A stretch of 63,654 nt of DNA, filler included, from Octopus bimaculoides (GCF_001194135.2; 7 parts of 6 records of this genome joined end to end with filler, not necessarily neighbours in it); one strand, 5' to 3'; shown: positions 12,123 through 23,978, counted from the whole stretch's first letter. Translations and numbers: made by a program. The notes: generated by a model not told the origin, from the sequence alone.

Positions 12123-12131
12123 ATTGCATCA
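12123..12131 (+). promoter_or_regulatory. C/EBP-ATF response element (CARE/AARE) ATTGCATCA in the C/EBP intron
   Basis: Exact match to the CHOP-type AARE core; GC box GGGCGG at 12144-12149. Motif match only. Confidence 0.45.
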
Positions 12132-12857
12132 TTTAAATATAATGGGCGGAGGAACAACAGTGTGAAAATGACAACAATTTTCCAGCTTTGTATTATGTGG
12201 GACGGACAGTGTTAACAGCCAGGATATAGTGGAATACCCTTTTTTTTTAAACTTTACACTTGTAAAATAGATAAATGCTTGTTTACGGATCCTAGACTGA
12301 AGAGAGTGAATGCACACTAGCACACCGTCGCTACCACCTCACATATACAATAAATACACACGTATTTAATTTGGTGAATTTTTTAAATCAAAATCTTGAG
12401 AATTAAGTATTTATTTAACGGGTGTAAAGTGATATCAAAAGAGGTATTTTACGAATTGGTTCTACGCATGTTGTCAACGATATTTTTCTATCAATCACAA
12501 GAAAAATCGGTTCAGTGACAGTCGTGTTTGTTAAGTAGACGACCAAATGTCAATAACTCAGATTTGGAAATTAAAATTAAAAGGAACAATATACAAATCG
12601 AATATTTGAATATCACACCATCTTCAAATAAAATAATAATCTTAATTTAGTAACTGTTAATTTCATTTGCATAATTATTTTCAAGGGTATAACGAAAGAC
12701 AAATTTGTCACGTTGGGGCCTGCGAATCTGCATTAGCCCCGTCAATAAGCAAAACCCATTGTACTCTGGACATGTTGAAACATGAATCGCGACGAGGGGG
12801 AGGGGTAGCACATAGCGCCTTTCATAGAGTAGTCGCAAATTTTAAAAGTTTCTGATT

Positions 12858-12895
<38 letters not shown>

Positions 12896-12974
12896 TTTGA
12901 TGTGTGGTCTGTATGTGCAATGTCTTGTTTGTTATTTGTACTTTGTTGTGGGAAAATTGGTGTCCAGGTCAGAC

Positions 12975-12983
12975 TGACGTAAT
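12975..12983 (+). promoter_or_regulatory. CRE/C-EBP hybrid site TGACGTAAT
   Basis: Motif match in the C/EBP intron; CCAAT at 12985-12989. Confidence 0.35.
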
Positions 12984-13804
12984 CCCAATACATGTTGCAT
13001 TGTGAATATTTAGTGTTTGTAAGTAATTCCTTGTTTGTGTGTTTAGCAAAGTGCTTCATGAGTTAAACCATAATTATAAAACTACTCGAAAACACAATTT
13101 ATAAAAGTAAATAAATAACAGTAAAAACGAGTTAAAAAGAAAAGTGTAAATAAAAAAAATCGATAGAAAGGTAAATCGTTTTTGGTCCGATTGCCACTCG
13201 CAACCTCAAACACTCTTAGCATTGTAATCGCGAGGCTGGGGGCGCTGGAAAAGCCAAGCGCCTTCATCTGATGTTTTGGTGGAGTCAAGTTTAATAAAAA
13301 CAATTGTTGTATGTGAAACATTACTTGCGAGAGTAACTGATCACAACAAATAACAACCCGATGACAGTCTCTAGTGGTGGCCAAATCTGTTACAGGTAGT
13401 AACCAAACCTCCTTTATATCACATCCTACGGTCAGAAATAAGGAAAGGGCGCATTAGATAATATAGTCCAATATTCCCCGGAGAAGATACGATGATCAGG
13501 ACTGGACTGCCTTAAACCATGGGCATGCTTCAGATCAAGGTTGACCTAGGGCTAAATAGAACTATCAAACGAGTAAACAGTGACGTATTGAACAGTAATG
13601 TATTATAATAATATATTACATTACCGTCTAAGTTCGTCTTATATCAAAATGATTCAGATCTAAAAAAAAAGTCATATCAATGTAATGTATCAAAGATAAA
13701 ATATCTGGATCATTCTAGCCAGAATAGAAACAAGGTGAATGAGATGGCTAAGATTGACGTTCAATTTGGAATAAAGCTGCGTGTAAAAAAAAAAAAATAC
13801 TCAC

Positions 13805-14075
13805 CTTCATAGAAAGTAGTAGTATTCATTGTGGCATCAGCAATGTTTGGGATTGAACCGTAATTCAAATCTAACTTTTGATCCATAGAGGACTGGATAT
13901 TTCCACTCTCTTCACCTGAATTTATTGAATTGAGGAACTCTGATACCTGTGAAAAGCTTCCAGGATTTGAAAGCAAATCAAGATTAAACGATGGTTCTCG
14001 GGCACCTAACGAATAAATTAAACCGTCTTGATCGTTGTCAGACAATTCATCAGAGTTCATTGCGAATTGTTCCAT
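13805..14075 (-). CDS. CEBPG: C/EBP-family gene coding exon 1 (MEQFAMNSDELSD...TTTFYE, 90 codons plus 1 nt)
   Basis: ATG at 14075; G|GTGAGTA donor at 13804; phase 1 joins exon 2 in frame (GAA AGT AAT TTG), giving 621 nt = 206 aa plus stop. Confidence 0.8.
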
Positions 14076-14420
14076 AGTCTGCGTAAACTTGGAGAAAAAA
14101 CACACAGGTCAATTTCAGTAACACGCGAGCCGTGAATGAACAACACTCGACGAATGACAACAGGCGAATAACGTCCTCTCTCCTATTAGTAAAATAGAAC
14201 ACCCAGTTTGTATCAGTACACAGTGCCGCGTCACATTAAAATAAAATAGATATGCTTCACAATATTTACTTACTCTTGTTGAATTTGAAAATATAATATA
14301 AGCATTAAAGATTTAATTTTTTTAACAAATAAATTGTAAATGAAATAAAGATAGTAAAATTTATAACGAACTATTTTTCAATGCGTATGTATTAGAAATC
14401 CCAACGTCTAAAAATAGTAT

Positions 14421-14430
14421 ATTACGCAAT
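14421..14430 (+). promoter_or_regulatory. C/EBP or PAR-bZIP site ATTACGCAAT upstream of the C/EBP gene
   Basis: One base from the palindrome ATTGCGCAAT; about 350 bp upstream of the ATG. Confidence 0.45.
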
Positions 14431-17400
14431 ATCCAATTCGAAACGACCTAATTTATTTTTACTTCGCTGGTATTTCCAGTCACCTTTTGAGTATATAAAA
14501 AGAATGTAAATCAACTCAGTTATTTAACTCATTTATTTTATCGAATCCACAAGGATGAACGGTTGAGTTGATCTTCACGGTATTCGAAGGAACTGTAACT
14601 AAATACTACAAAATATTTCTTACTGCCCCTCTCCAATAAAGCAGAAGCAGTTAGTGGATGAAATCATGGTTTTCTCTTGTAGGGAATACATCTCTGATAG
14701 TCAGTCCTTTAAGCTTTCTGTTGATCAACATCTTTTGAATTTGTAGGCCCCTTCTTTTCCTTCTCTGTAATCCCTTATGCTACAATAACCTCAAGTCTTA
14801 TTTGGGACTAAATCGTTAAAAAAAAAGTTAAGAGTTCTATAATTTTCTGTCACGTTCATTCATTCTAATTTTCACTTTGTTATCCGTCCTTTTATGTACG
14901 TGAAACGAAAGATGGATTTATCTTTTAAGGAGTAGTTTTCAAATTGTTAATAGATTGAGAGAGAAAAAAAAAGTTATTTTGTAAATCTCCTCAAAACTAT
15001 TTCTTAAACTATTGCAGCGTGGAAGAACATGTTAGCCATTCTGTTAACTTGACTTAAACATTCGTTATTTGTTATTGCAACGTAACAAGTGATACATTTT
15101 TAAGTAAAGTTAACAATATTTGTGTGTTTTGAATTGTGTCTGCCACTTTGCAATCGTTTTAGTTTCAACACACGGTCTCAGATCAAATCACTTGCCTGGT
15201 AAGGACACCTCTTGAATTCTTTAATCATCCTGTTACCTACACAGAAAGGTTATCGGTCAAAAAACAGTCGAGATTCAATAAATTTTAGTTCTAGTCTCTC
15301 TCTCTTTACCACTGTTATCAGTGGTGGTTAATATGGACGGTAATGTCCCCCTCAGGAACATTGTAAGCTAACAAGTGAGTGTTGGTGTTTAGAATAGTCG
15401 TAAATTTTTTCTTAGAAGAGACATTGTATTTTTTGAGCGCAGAAACATGATTAATGAGACATCAAAGTGCACAACAATTTCGTTATATACGCACTCGCCT
15501 TCTTTATTAATTTTCATAAAAATTTAACACAAGAAGCACTAGTTCACGCAATTCTCTCTATAAAGTGAAAGCGCGTGGCTTAATTTCGCAAGCAGGCTGT
15601 TCTATTGATCGGATCAACTGGAACACACGTCGTCGTAACCGATGGAATGCCATATTGAAAAAAAAAAGAGAGGCACATGCTGGATGAGCTAAAAGAGAAA
15701 ATAAACCACCGAGGTACATTAGCTTCTGTTTAAAATATTCAGTTGGGATTTTATGTTTTCGTCTTTGCAAAAATACAAAGAATAAAACACCATTCTGTGA
15801 AAGTGAGCACTGAGATAAAAAAGATTGAAGATTATTGATTTAGATTATAACATTTCCTCATTAGTATGATTGCTTCAAATCTCTGCATTTGCTGCATCAG
15901 CTGTGTTGGTGTATACTTTAGTATTAATTTTCATATAGCAGACGTCCCTAGGTATTTTCATACAGGTGTCTCTAGATATTTTCTCCAAGCATTCTGTTAA
16001 ATTTTCACGTTATTCAGCACTCATTCATGAAAAACCTATACACATTCACACACGATGGCTGTCTACTAGCATCTAGGAAGACTATCACTAACCCTACGTG
16101 CAGATCAATAGCATCCAACCTATCAGATTTACATGCATCACCATATGACTTCAATAAAAAATTTTAAAACAGAAGAAAAGAACAAAAAAATAAGCTATAC
16201 TCGTAGAAGTTTAGGTTCAACAAGGTTTGCTCAAACCTCTTACACTCTTTCTACTTTTTGGTGGAGAGAGTCTAAGCTCCAGATACAAGCCAAGGCCTTA
16301 GGATCTTCAGCTGGTGTTGAAGATCCCCCAAATGACCGAGACAGTTAGTAATATATCAGGTTTATCTCAGAACTTCTCCAAGAGCCATGCTTTAACAAAA
16401 GCTAAAAGGTGCCTCATTTCCAATGGTCCTTACAGTGCGTCTGGTGCCAATTGTATAAGTGCGAAGTCCATTCCATAAAACGGTGCCCCAAATCAATATT
16501 TGTTTCGTTCTTTCCTTTATCTTTATTTTATTTATTTTTGTTTTGACTTGTCTCAACTTGTATGAGTATATGTGTATGTGTGCATGTATCTGTAGAATAT
16601 GTGTTTGTAAACTCTCTCCCAACACCAAGAGAAACCAAACTTATATCGGTTTCAAATTTTGGCTCAATGGGTTAAATAGATTAAATCGTTCCTCGTGTTG
16701 AACTGGTACTTATTTTATCGACCTCGAAAAGATGAAAGTTAAAGTCGACCCCGGCAGAATTTGAACTCAGAACGTAAAGACGAACGAAATACCGTTAAAC
16801 ATTATAGCCCGGCGTGCTAACGATTCTGCCAGCTCGCTGCTTTGGGCCAAACTTATTAGTAAAAGAAATCTTAGCACAGTGTGAAAATTGCTTTTTAAGC
16901 AAGACACTTAGGCCCAAATCAAAGACTTTTTAGGCAAAATCTCTGACCACTGAGAAAACAGTCACGATATATAAACATCGTCGTTAAAGTAGAAAATAAT
17001 TATCAGAAAAGCTATTTTTCTTCACTTTTTCACACATATGGAAAGACAGATAGACAAATAGATATAGTTGAATATATTTAATTGGAAACTGTCAATGAAT
17101 TCACTTCGTCGTCAATCTTTCGTACAAAGCCAAAGTTCCTAGAAACAATGCAATCTTGTGAAAATTTGCATATATTAAAACCATACATGTACTTGCAAGG
17201 CTGGTTTTCATTGGTTAAAGCTCGTCGCATGTTTGGACTTATCTCAGCTTGTCTGTCTTTGCACAATTTCGTATTGTAGAGGGAGGCAACTAGGGTGTGT
17301 CAAAAGCAATTACTTTGTGAGCTGCAGCTGTTTTAGAGACATGTGCGGGAATTTTAGTTGCCGTTCAAGAGGAATTGCCACTAATAGCAACAATTGACAA

Positions 17401-18144
17401 TTTTTCTTATCTGTAGTTAAAAAATATATTGCAGATTGCTTCAGAATTTAGAGATTTTGTTTAGGAAAACCTACAGTTTTGTGTCCCTTCAACCCTCTTA
17501 ATATATCCATTAAAAATTTCAATACTCTTAACTACGGAAAGCAGTTTTATATACCAATCAATCTTTTGTTGAGGGATGCCATGTTTGAAACTATATTTTG
17601 CTGAAATATGTCGAGTTTATTGAGGCAATGTGACTTGCAAAAAATTCGAATTCTACTTTTGATAGATATTTAATATCATTAATAGAATAACCTTGAAATT
17701 TAATTTTGCAGTTGAAAAGTAAAAGTGTAGATTAGTCCTCTCAATAATATTTACATGCTATTGAAGAACATGTCAAATCCAGTTCAGTTGTCACAGTGAT
17801 TGTGTTGTAACTAATATTATTTTTGTCATCATCATTTGCGTGTTTTCCATGCTGGTATGGGTTGGGTGATTTGAAAGGATCCAACAAGCCACAGGTACCA
17901 AGCTCCAGTGCCTGCTTTGACATATATTCTACAGTTGGATATCCCTTCCTAACACCAACCACCCTTTCAGTGTGTACTGCATGCTTTTTTCCATGTCACC
18001 AGCACTAGTGAAGTTGCTGAGTAGCTTGCAAGGCAGAAAAGAATGGAAAAGCACAAAAAAAAACCTTTATGACTAAGTGTGTGTGTGGGGGGCACGAGGT
18101 GAATTAGAAAGAGGAAGGTGGCTTTATAGCAGCTGCCTCCCTAT

Positions 18145-18810
18145 AGGGCTTTCCTATAAGGTGTTATCCACCCCTGATTGGAACTCTCCCGTATGACATG
18201 TACGCATGCTCAGTGACTTGCTTTAACAGTTGCAATCAGCTGAAAGCACATTGCCAGTGACATTTGACATAATTACCCACACTCTGTGGTCAGGATTCTT
18301 TTTTTGGTTTGATGTCGGTATCGAAGGGATTACCAGACACCGGACAATACAGTGAAAGCAGCTTTCACTCACATCGTGGTATTTGATGCTGTGTACGTGT
18401 CTGTCGTGGTAAAATATGCCACTCCTTAACTGTTGCTTTGCTTTCATCCGTAGCANNNNNNNNNNACCGAGAGGAGATATAAGCTTCTGCTTATTCCTGT
18501 CTGAAGTATCGTCCGATACTTCAGACTTATCGTCCGATGAATTTACTTTGTTGACATATCGACAGAATTTTTATACCTTTCAACCTTTCAATCAAGTCCG
18601 CCTTTCTTCCAGTAACATACTGTCCATATAATCTTAAATATTTCTTTAACTCAGGCACAGTAAGTACTTCGATAGCTGAATCATCAAGCTGCTTTATATC
18701 CATGATAAGACGTAAAACAATAACAATGGCGTGGTTAGCCTCCGGAAGTTTAATTATCTACATGGAGCGCCGCCTAGCCAAGGGAGATAACCTACTTATA
18801 GGAAAGCCCT
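18145..18810 (-). mobile_element. Internally deleted TIR DNA transposon with SAP+SWIM ORF relic (ISL2EU/PHIS-like)
   Basis: Perfect 16-bp TIRs AGGGCTTTCCTATAAG / CTTATAGGAAAGCCCT flanked by AT. The minus ORF from ATG 18703 encodes a SAP motif (LTVPELKKYLRLYGQYVTGRKADLIERL); after frameshifts come HRVWVIMSNVTGNVLSADCNC and CVH (SWIM-type). Confidence 0.8.
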
Positions 18811-18934
18811 ATAGAAGAAATACGTGGCTACCCTATATTATAAGAGTGTATAATAGTAATATGTTCATTAATGGATTTTGTATTGTTTTTTTGTTTCTAG
18901 GGTAGTGTCATTTATCATTTTACAACTGTCTTTT

Positions 18935-18984
<50 letters not shown>

Positions 18985-18990
18985 CACACA

Positions 18991-20300
18991 CAAGGAAGTA
19001 CCCAAAAGTAACCGGAAATGTTCTCTGTTGGACAAGCCTGTTGTGGTTCAGTTTTCCACTACTAGAAGCCACCTGATGCAACCCTCAGGCATCAGTCTGC
19101 TGACCATCATCGTCATGTGAAGTTATACTGTCACATGGTGTGTCTTTGTTTTTCACTGCTTCTTCCCTGTTTGTCAATTTTTGCAATGGCTGAAATGAAA
19201 GAACAGTGTGCCTCTGTGAAATTCTGTTTTCTGCTGGGAAAAATGGCTGCCAAAACAGTTGTCATACCTCATATAGCTTACAAGGACACTGCTATGAGCA
19301 AAACACTAGTTTACAAGTGATTTTCAAGCTTTAGGAATGATCACTTGTTGCTTGAAGACCAACCTTGTTCAGGGTGACTGTCGACCTCCCAAGTGAATGA
19401 AAACATCAGGAAAATTCATAAACTGATCTTAGAGGACTGTTGCCAAACAATTGATGGACTTGTTGATATGACTGGTGTCCTGGAGCTCCTGCCAATGAAT
19501 TTTGAGTGAAGAATTGCGAGTGAAAAGAGTTGCGGCAAAATTTGTACTTCACTTCATCATGGAAGGTCAAAAGCAGTCTCAACAATGCAAGTATTGAACT
19601 GAAAAAACAGTTGGAAGTTGATCCAGACCTTTTACAAAGGTTATCACTGGTGACAAAAGCTGGAGCTACATCTACAATCCAGAAATGAAGCAGCAACCAA
19701 GTCAATGGAAACAATTAATGTCACCATGCCCCCCCAAAAGCACATCAAGTGAAGTCAAGATGATGCTGGTTAGTTTCATCGATGCAAAAAGAATTGTCCA
19801 CACAGAATTTGTTCCTCCTGGTCAAACTGTTAAGCAGACATTTTACTTGGCAGTTCTGAAGCGTTTGGAAGATGCAGTGAGAAGAAAACACCCCAACCTG
19901 TAGCAAAGTGGAGAGTGGTGGCACAACAATGTATCTGCATACACCACCTTGAGTGTGAGACAGTTTTTGACCAAAAATGGCATGACCCTGCTTACCCAGC
20001 CTCCCTATTCACTCAATCTTGCTCCTTACGGCTTTTTTTGTTGTTGCTCTCTCGATTGAAAAAAGTCCTTTCAGGAAAACATTTTGCAGATGTTGAAGAG
20101 GTGAAGAAAAAACCAATGGAGGCGTTAAAAGGAATCACTTCGCAAGAGTTCCAGGACTGCTTCAAACAGTGGAAAATGTGTCTGGACCAATGCATTGCTT
20201 TAAATGGAGAATACGTTGAAGGCAATAAAAGTATAAACATGTAAAACTAAGTGAATAAAATAGCACTGCTAAATTCTGGTGTCTGTTGGGTCCCCCGTCA
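18991..20300 (+). mobile_element. Full-length degenerate mariner (DD34D-type) transposon, about 1.31 kb
   Basis: Broken transposase: MAEMKEQCASVKFCFLLGK, AKFV, ITGDKSWSYIYNPEMKQQ, PYSLNLAP, LSGKHFADVEEVKK, FQDCFKQWK. Degenerate TIRs at both ends; TA at 20301. Confidence 0.92.
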
Positions 20301-20322
20301 TATATATATATATATATATATA

Positions 20323-20422
20323 NNNNNNNNNNNNNNNNNNNNNNNNNNNNNNNNNNNNNNNNNNNNTTAATTAATTAANNNNNNNNNNNNNNNNNNNNNN
20401 NNNNNNNNNNNNNNNNNNNNNN
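20323..20422. other. Assembly join marker N44-TTAATTAATTAA-N44
   Basis: Identical 100-nt structure at 20323, 24883, 32452, 52044, 56939 and 62204; the 12-mer gives stops in all six frames. Confidence 0.95.
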
Positions 20423-21000
20423 CACCTTTTTCCTTAAATGTCTCTTGAGCCCTGCTTGCATCATCCTGGCCTCTTCAAATGCTTTCACTCCACTCCACAC
20501 CCTTGTTATTCTGAATGTTTTTGTGATTCGGTCCACTAGTTTGCCTAACAAATACAATAGTTGTGAGATAGGCCCATTATTGTTATTCTCCTGAATTGTT
20601 TTGTGAGTCTGTCCCTTAGTTACTCTTGAGCTGTATATGCAGTTATTTATGTTTTTGCTCAGGAGCCCACAAGGGATCTGGTGTGAGGGGGTTAGGACCC
20701 CAGAACTCCTGAAGCAGGGTGCCACGACCAGATGCAGTTCAAAGCCATACCCAAGACATCCACCTACACACACCCCCTATACCCCTGTCTAAAAGTACCC
20801 CCTATACTGCCACACACATACTTCAATGTCAACAACTCATTTCTTACAGTGAACGCTACAAACTGCCACTCATTCTCAGCTGTTCCACCCAGAATTCTTC
20901 CGATGCCTTTGGATCCCCACTCAAGGAACTGTCCAAAGAACCCTTTGATCATCAATTGGCCAAAATATTACAGAGGACAGCAAGTACCCCACTCTTAAAG
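20423..21000 (-). mobile_element. Degenerate Tx1/L1-like LINE ORF2 C-terminal fragment
   Basis: Minus ORF ends ...ITRVWSGVKAFEEARMMQAGLKRHLRKKV, resembling the KYHLKRKVRIE end of the Tx1-like copy at 39691-40804; cut by the gap. Confidence 0.5.
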
Positions 21001-21591
21001 TAAGCCCCTTTTTTACCTTATTTTCTGAGGTTTTGTTGGGGTTTTTTCTTGTTTATAAAATTGAACTCATGTGTGTATATGTGCATATGTGTATAAATAT
21101 ACATGTGTATATTTAACATTAAAGGCATGAAATTGTAATGATCTTTTGGGCATTGACCGATGAGGAATAAGCTACAAATGTTCTGTTTATGCTTCTGTAG
21201 TATTTCCATTCGTTGTTTTTGAAATATATATACCGGAGTAAGCACATAAATGTGAAGCAATGTGTCCCCACAACATCGCTTGACAACCGATGCTGGTGTG
21301 TTTACGCCCCCGTAACTTAGTGGTTCGGCAAAAAAGAGACCGATAGAATAAGTACTGGGCTTCCAAAGAATAAGTCCTGGTGTTGATTTGCTCGACTAAA
21401 AGGCGGTGCTCCAGCATGGCTGCAGTCAAAAGACTGAAACAAGTAAAAGAGTGAAAGAGTATATATATATATCAAAATACACAGATGGATGTATACAGAC
21501 ATATATATCTATGTATGTATGATGTAAATATACACCCTTTGCAATGAAGGCAAAGTTATAATGTCCGGCGCTGGTTGGCTTTTCTTTGCAG

Positions 21592-21714
21592 AAGCGGGAA
21601 GAGTGCCGACATTAGCCAGGAGGAATGCTACATGCTGTTGATCCGAAGCACCAAAGTCTTCCGTGAACAATACATCCAGAAGCAGGATCTGGCCATTGAG
21701 GAAATCAAACGAAG
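21592..21714 (+). CDS. NUP88: Nucleoporin NUP88 exon (SGKSADISQEECYMLLIRSTKVFREQYIQKQDLAIEEIKR)
   Basis: ttctttgcag acceptor, GTAAGG donor at 21715, phase 2/2; matches NUP88 [32 protein letters not shown]. Confidence 0.93.
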
Positions 21715-22124
21715 GTAAGGTACAGCAAGCGCGCATATATGCAGGCAGAAGCCCCCTCACCCCCGCACCCCAGCCAACACTACCATCACCACTACCATCA
21801 TCACCATCATCACCAACCACCACTGCCATTGCCTCCTCCACTGCTATCGCCACCTTCACCGACACTTCCGTCACCGCCGCCACCATCATCCTCATCACTG
21901 CCACCTCTACTGTCACCACCACCACNNNNNNNNNNNNNNNNNNNNNNNNNNNNNNNNNNNNNNNNNNNNNNNNNNNNNNNNNNNNNNNNNNNNNNNNNNN
22001 NNNAACACCTCCACCACTACCACCATCACTACTCCATCACCACCACCTTCACCAACACCTCCGTCACCACCACCACCAGTGATATATTTTGACTTCACTC
22101 TCTCTCTCTCTTGTATTTTTTTAG

Positions 22125-22271
22125 GATGAATATTTTAACGGCCCAGAAAAGTTACCAAATGTCGGAACTGAAGGAAATGGCTAAGAGTCAGTCGACCCTG
22201 AAGGACTTCAGTCAAGCTCTGGCAGAGAAATATGAATTGAGCAAAGAGAAACAGGACAGTCTTCTGAAGAG
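22125..22271 (+). CDS. NUP88: NUP88 coiled-coil exon (MNILTAQK...LAEKYELSKEKQDSLLK)
   Basis: tttttag acceptor, GTGGGC donor, phase 2/2; matches LADKYEEAKEKQEDIMNR. Confidence 0.92.
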
Positions 22272-22827
22272 GTGGGCATGGTATTCTGCATGTGTATTTG
22301 TATGTCTATTTGTACACTTGTGGCAGTAAGTATCATCCTCACTAACAATTTAAGGCATGTGGCTTAGTGGTTAGTGTATTCGACTTACAGTCACAAGATC
22401 ATGAGTTCAATTCCCAGCAGTGTATTATGTCCCCGAGGAAGACATTTTATTTCACGCTGCTCAGTCCACGTGGTTAGCAAAAATGAGCAGTAACTGTGTT
22501 TCAAAGGGCCAGCCTTATTACGTTTCGTGTCTTGATGAATCTCTCTGAGAACTACGTTAAGGGTGCATGTGTCTGTGGAGTGCTCAGCCACTTGCAAGTT
22601 AATTTCACAAACGGGCTGTTCTATTGATCAGATCAACTGGAACCCACATCCTTGAGCGAGACCCTTTATCTGATGTTGCTCCAGCCCACTCAGCTGGCAA
22701 CAATGAGTTGTCCCTGTAATGAAAATGGACCGGTGAAATGCCACTAAGCACTGTTTCAGCAGGGTTAATACAACTGGGGCCCAAAACAAGTTGCTCATAC
22801 TTCTTCTTCTTTCTTGTTTTTCTCCAG

Positions 22828-22954
22828 ATTATCTGTGTTGGTCCGTAAGATCCAGAGCCATCTTCCCATTCTGTCTGATGCTGAGAGAGATATGAGGAAG
22901 GAACTGAAGAATATGGAAGTGGAACTGGAATCGCTTCGCAAAGAATTAAACAAA
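22828..22954 (+). CDS. NUP88: NUP88 exon (LSVLVRKIQSHLPILSDAERDMRKEL...ELNK)
   Basis: ctccag acceptor, GTCAGT donor, phase 2/0; matches LPVLSDSERDMKKEL. Confidence 0.93.
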
Positions 22955-22957
22955 GTC

Positions 22958-22996
<39 letters not shown>

Positions 22997-23384
22997 TTCT
23001 TACCTTTTTTTTGCTTTTTCGTAGATGTGATTATTTCAGAGGACTGAGGACTTACTTGATGGGGATGCTGGGGCTGGGGGAATCAGTGGAATGGAGTGCA
23101 GTGGTATGGGCGTGTGTTGAGGAAGGATGAGGAGCATGTTCTGAAGAGGGTACCAAGGAAAATGTGGGGGAGGGAGACAGGTGGAGGAGGGGATCGGAAG
23201 GGTTGGCTTGAGAAGGAGGGACGCACAAAACCGGACAAGATGGTGTGAGGGCAGTTGCTATGGCATTGAAATAGATCCAGATTTAAAATGATGATGTAAA
23301 CATGATTATTTAACTGGAAATGCTGCTGCTTATAGTAAGAGAGAGAGAGTAATTATTATGAGGCAAGAGACGATGATGATGATG

Positions 23385-23420
<36 letters not shown>

Positions 23421-23978
23421 TTATATTTTCCCTTATTTGAGAGATTGTTTTTAATCAAAACTTGTTAGTTACTATGATGACAACACTACCTATCTATCTT
23501 TCATAAACTCACACACACTCTCTCTCTCTCATTGTATTTCTCTCAACAAAGACTTTTCTCCTCCCTTTCTTCCCTCTTTGTGCATATATGTTGCGACGGA
23601 CAAACAAATGGAGAACAGCTTGTCTTTTATAATGTAAGATTCAACAAAATTTCTTAGTATTTACAAATCAAAATTGTTGAGATTTTTCTTTATAATTCTT
23701 TAAAACAATAGTAACTTCTGCACGTTTCTGTCTTAGCCCGCCATCTGGCCAGATCCTGTCAAACCGTCCAACCCATGCCAGCATGGAAAATGGGCATTCT
23801 ATGATGGTGATGAACGAGACTAAATAAGCATTGCTTTTGACAGATGAATCAGACTGCTAAAGGGTTAATAATGGTTACCTGACACTTGTCTTACTCTTCC
23901 AAACTCCTTCTCTGTTTTTTTTTCTCGCTCTCTCTTTCTTTCTCTCCCTTCACTCACATTCATTATTTTCTCCATCAG

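Noticed and set aside
16088-16096. CTAACCCTA, a telomerase-template-like 9-mer
   Set aside because: No pseudoknot, CR4/5 or H/ACA domain recognisable nearby; a single 9-mer is expected by chance in a window this size.
21509-22098. Long ORFs on both strands near 21.5-22.1 kb
   Set aside because: They are antisense to a NUP88 exon plus (CAC/CAT)n low-complexity sequence and Ns.
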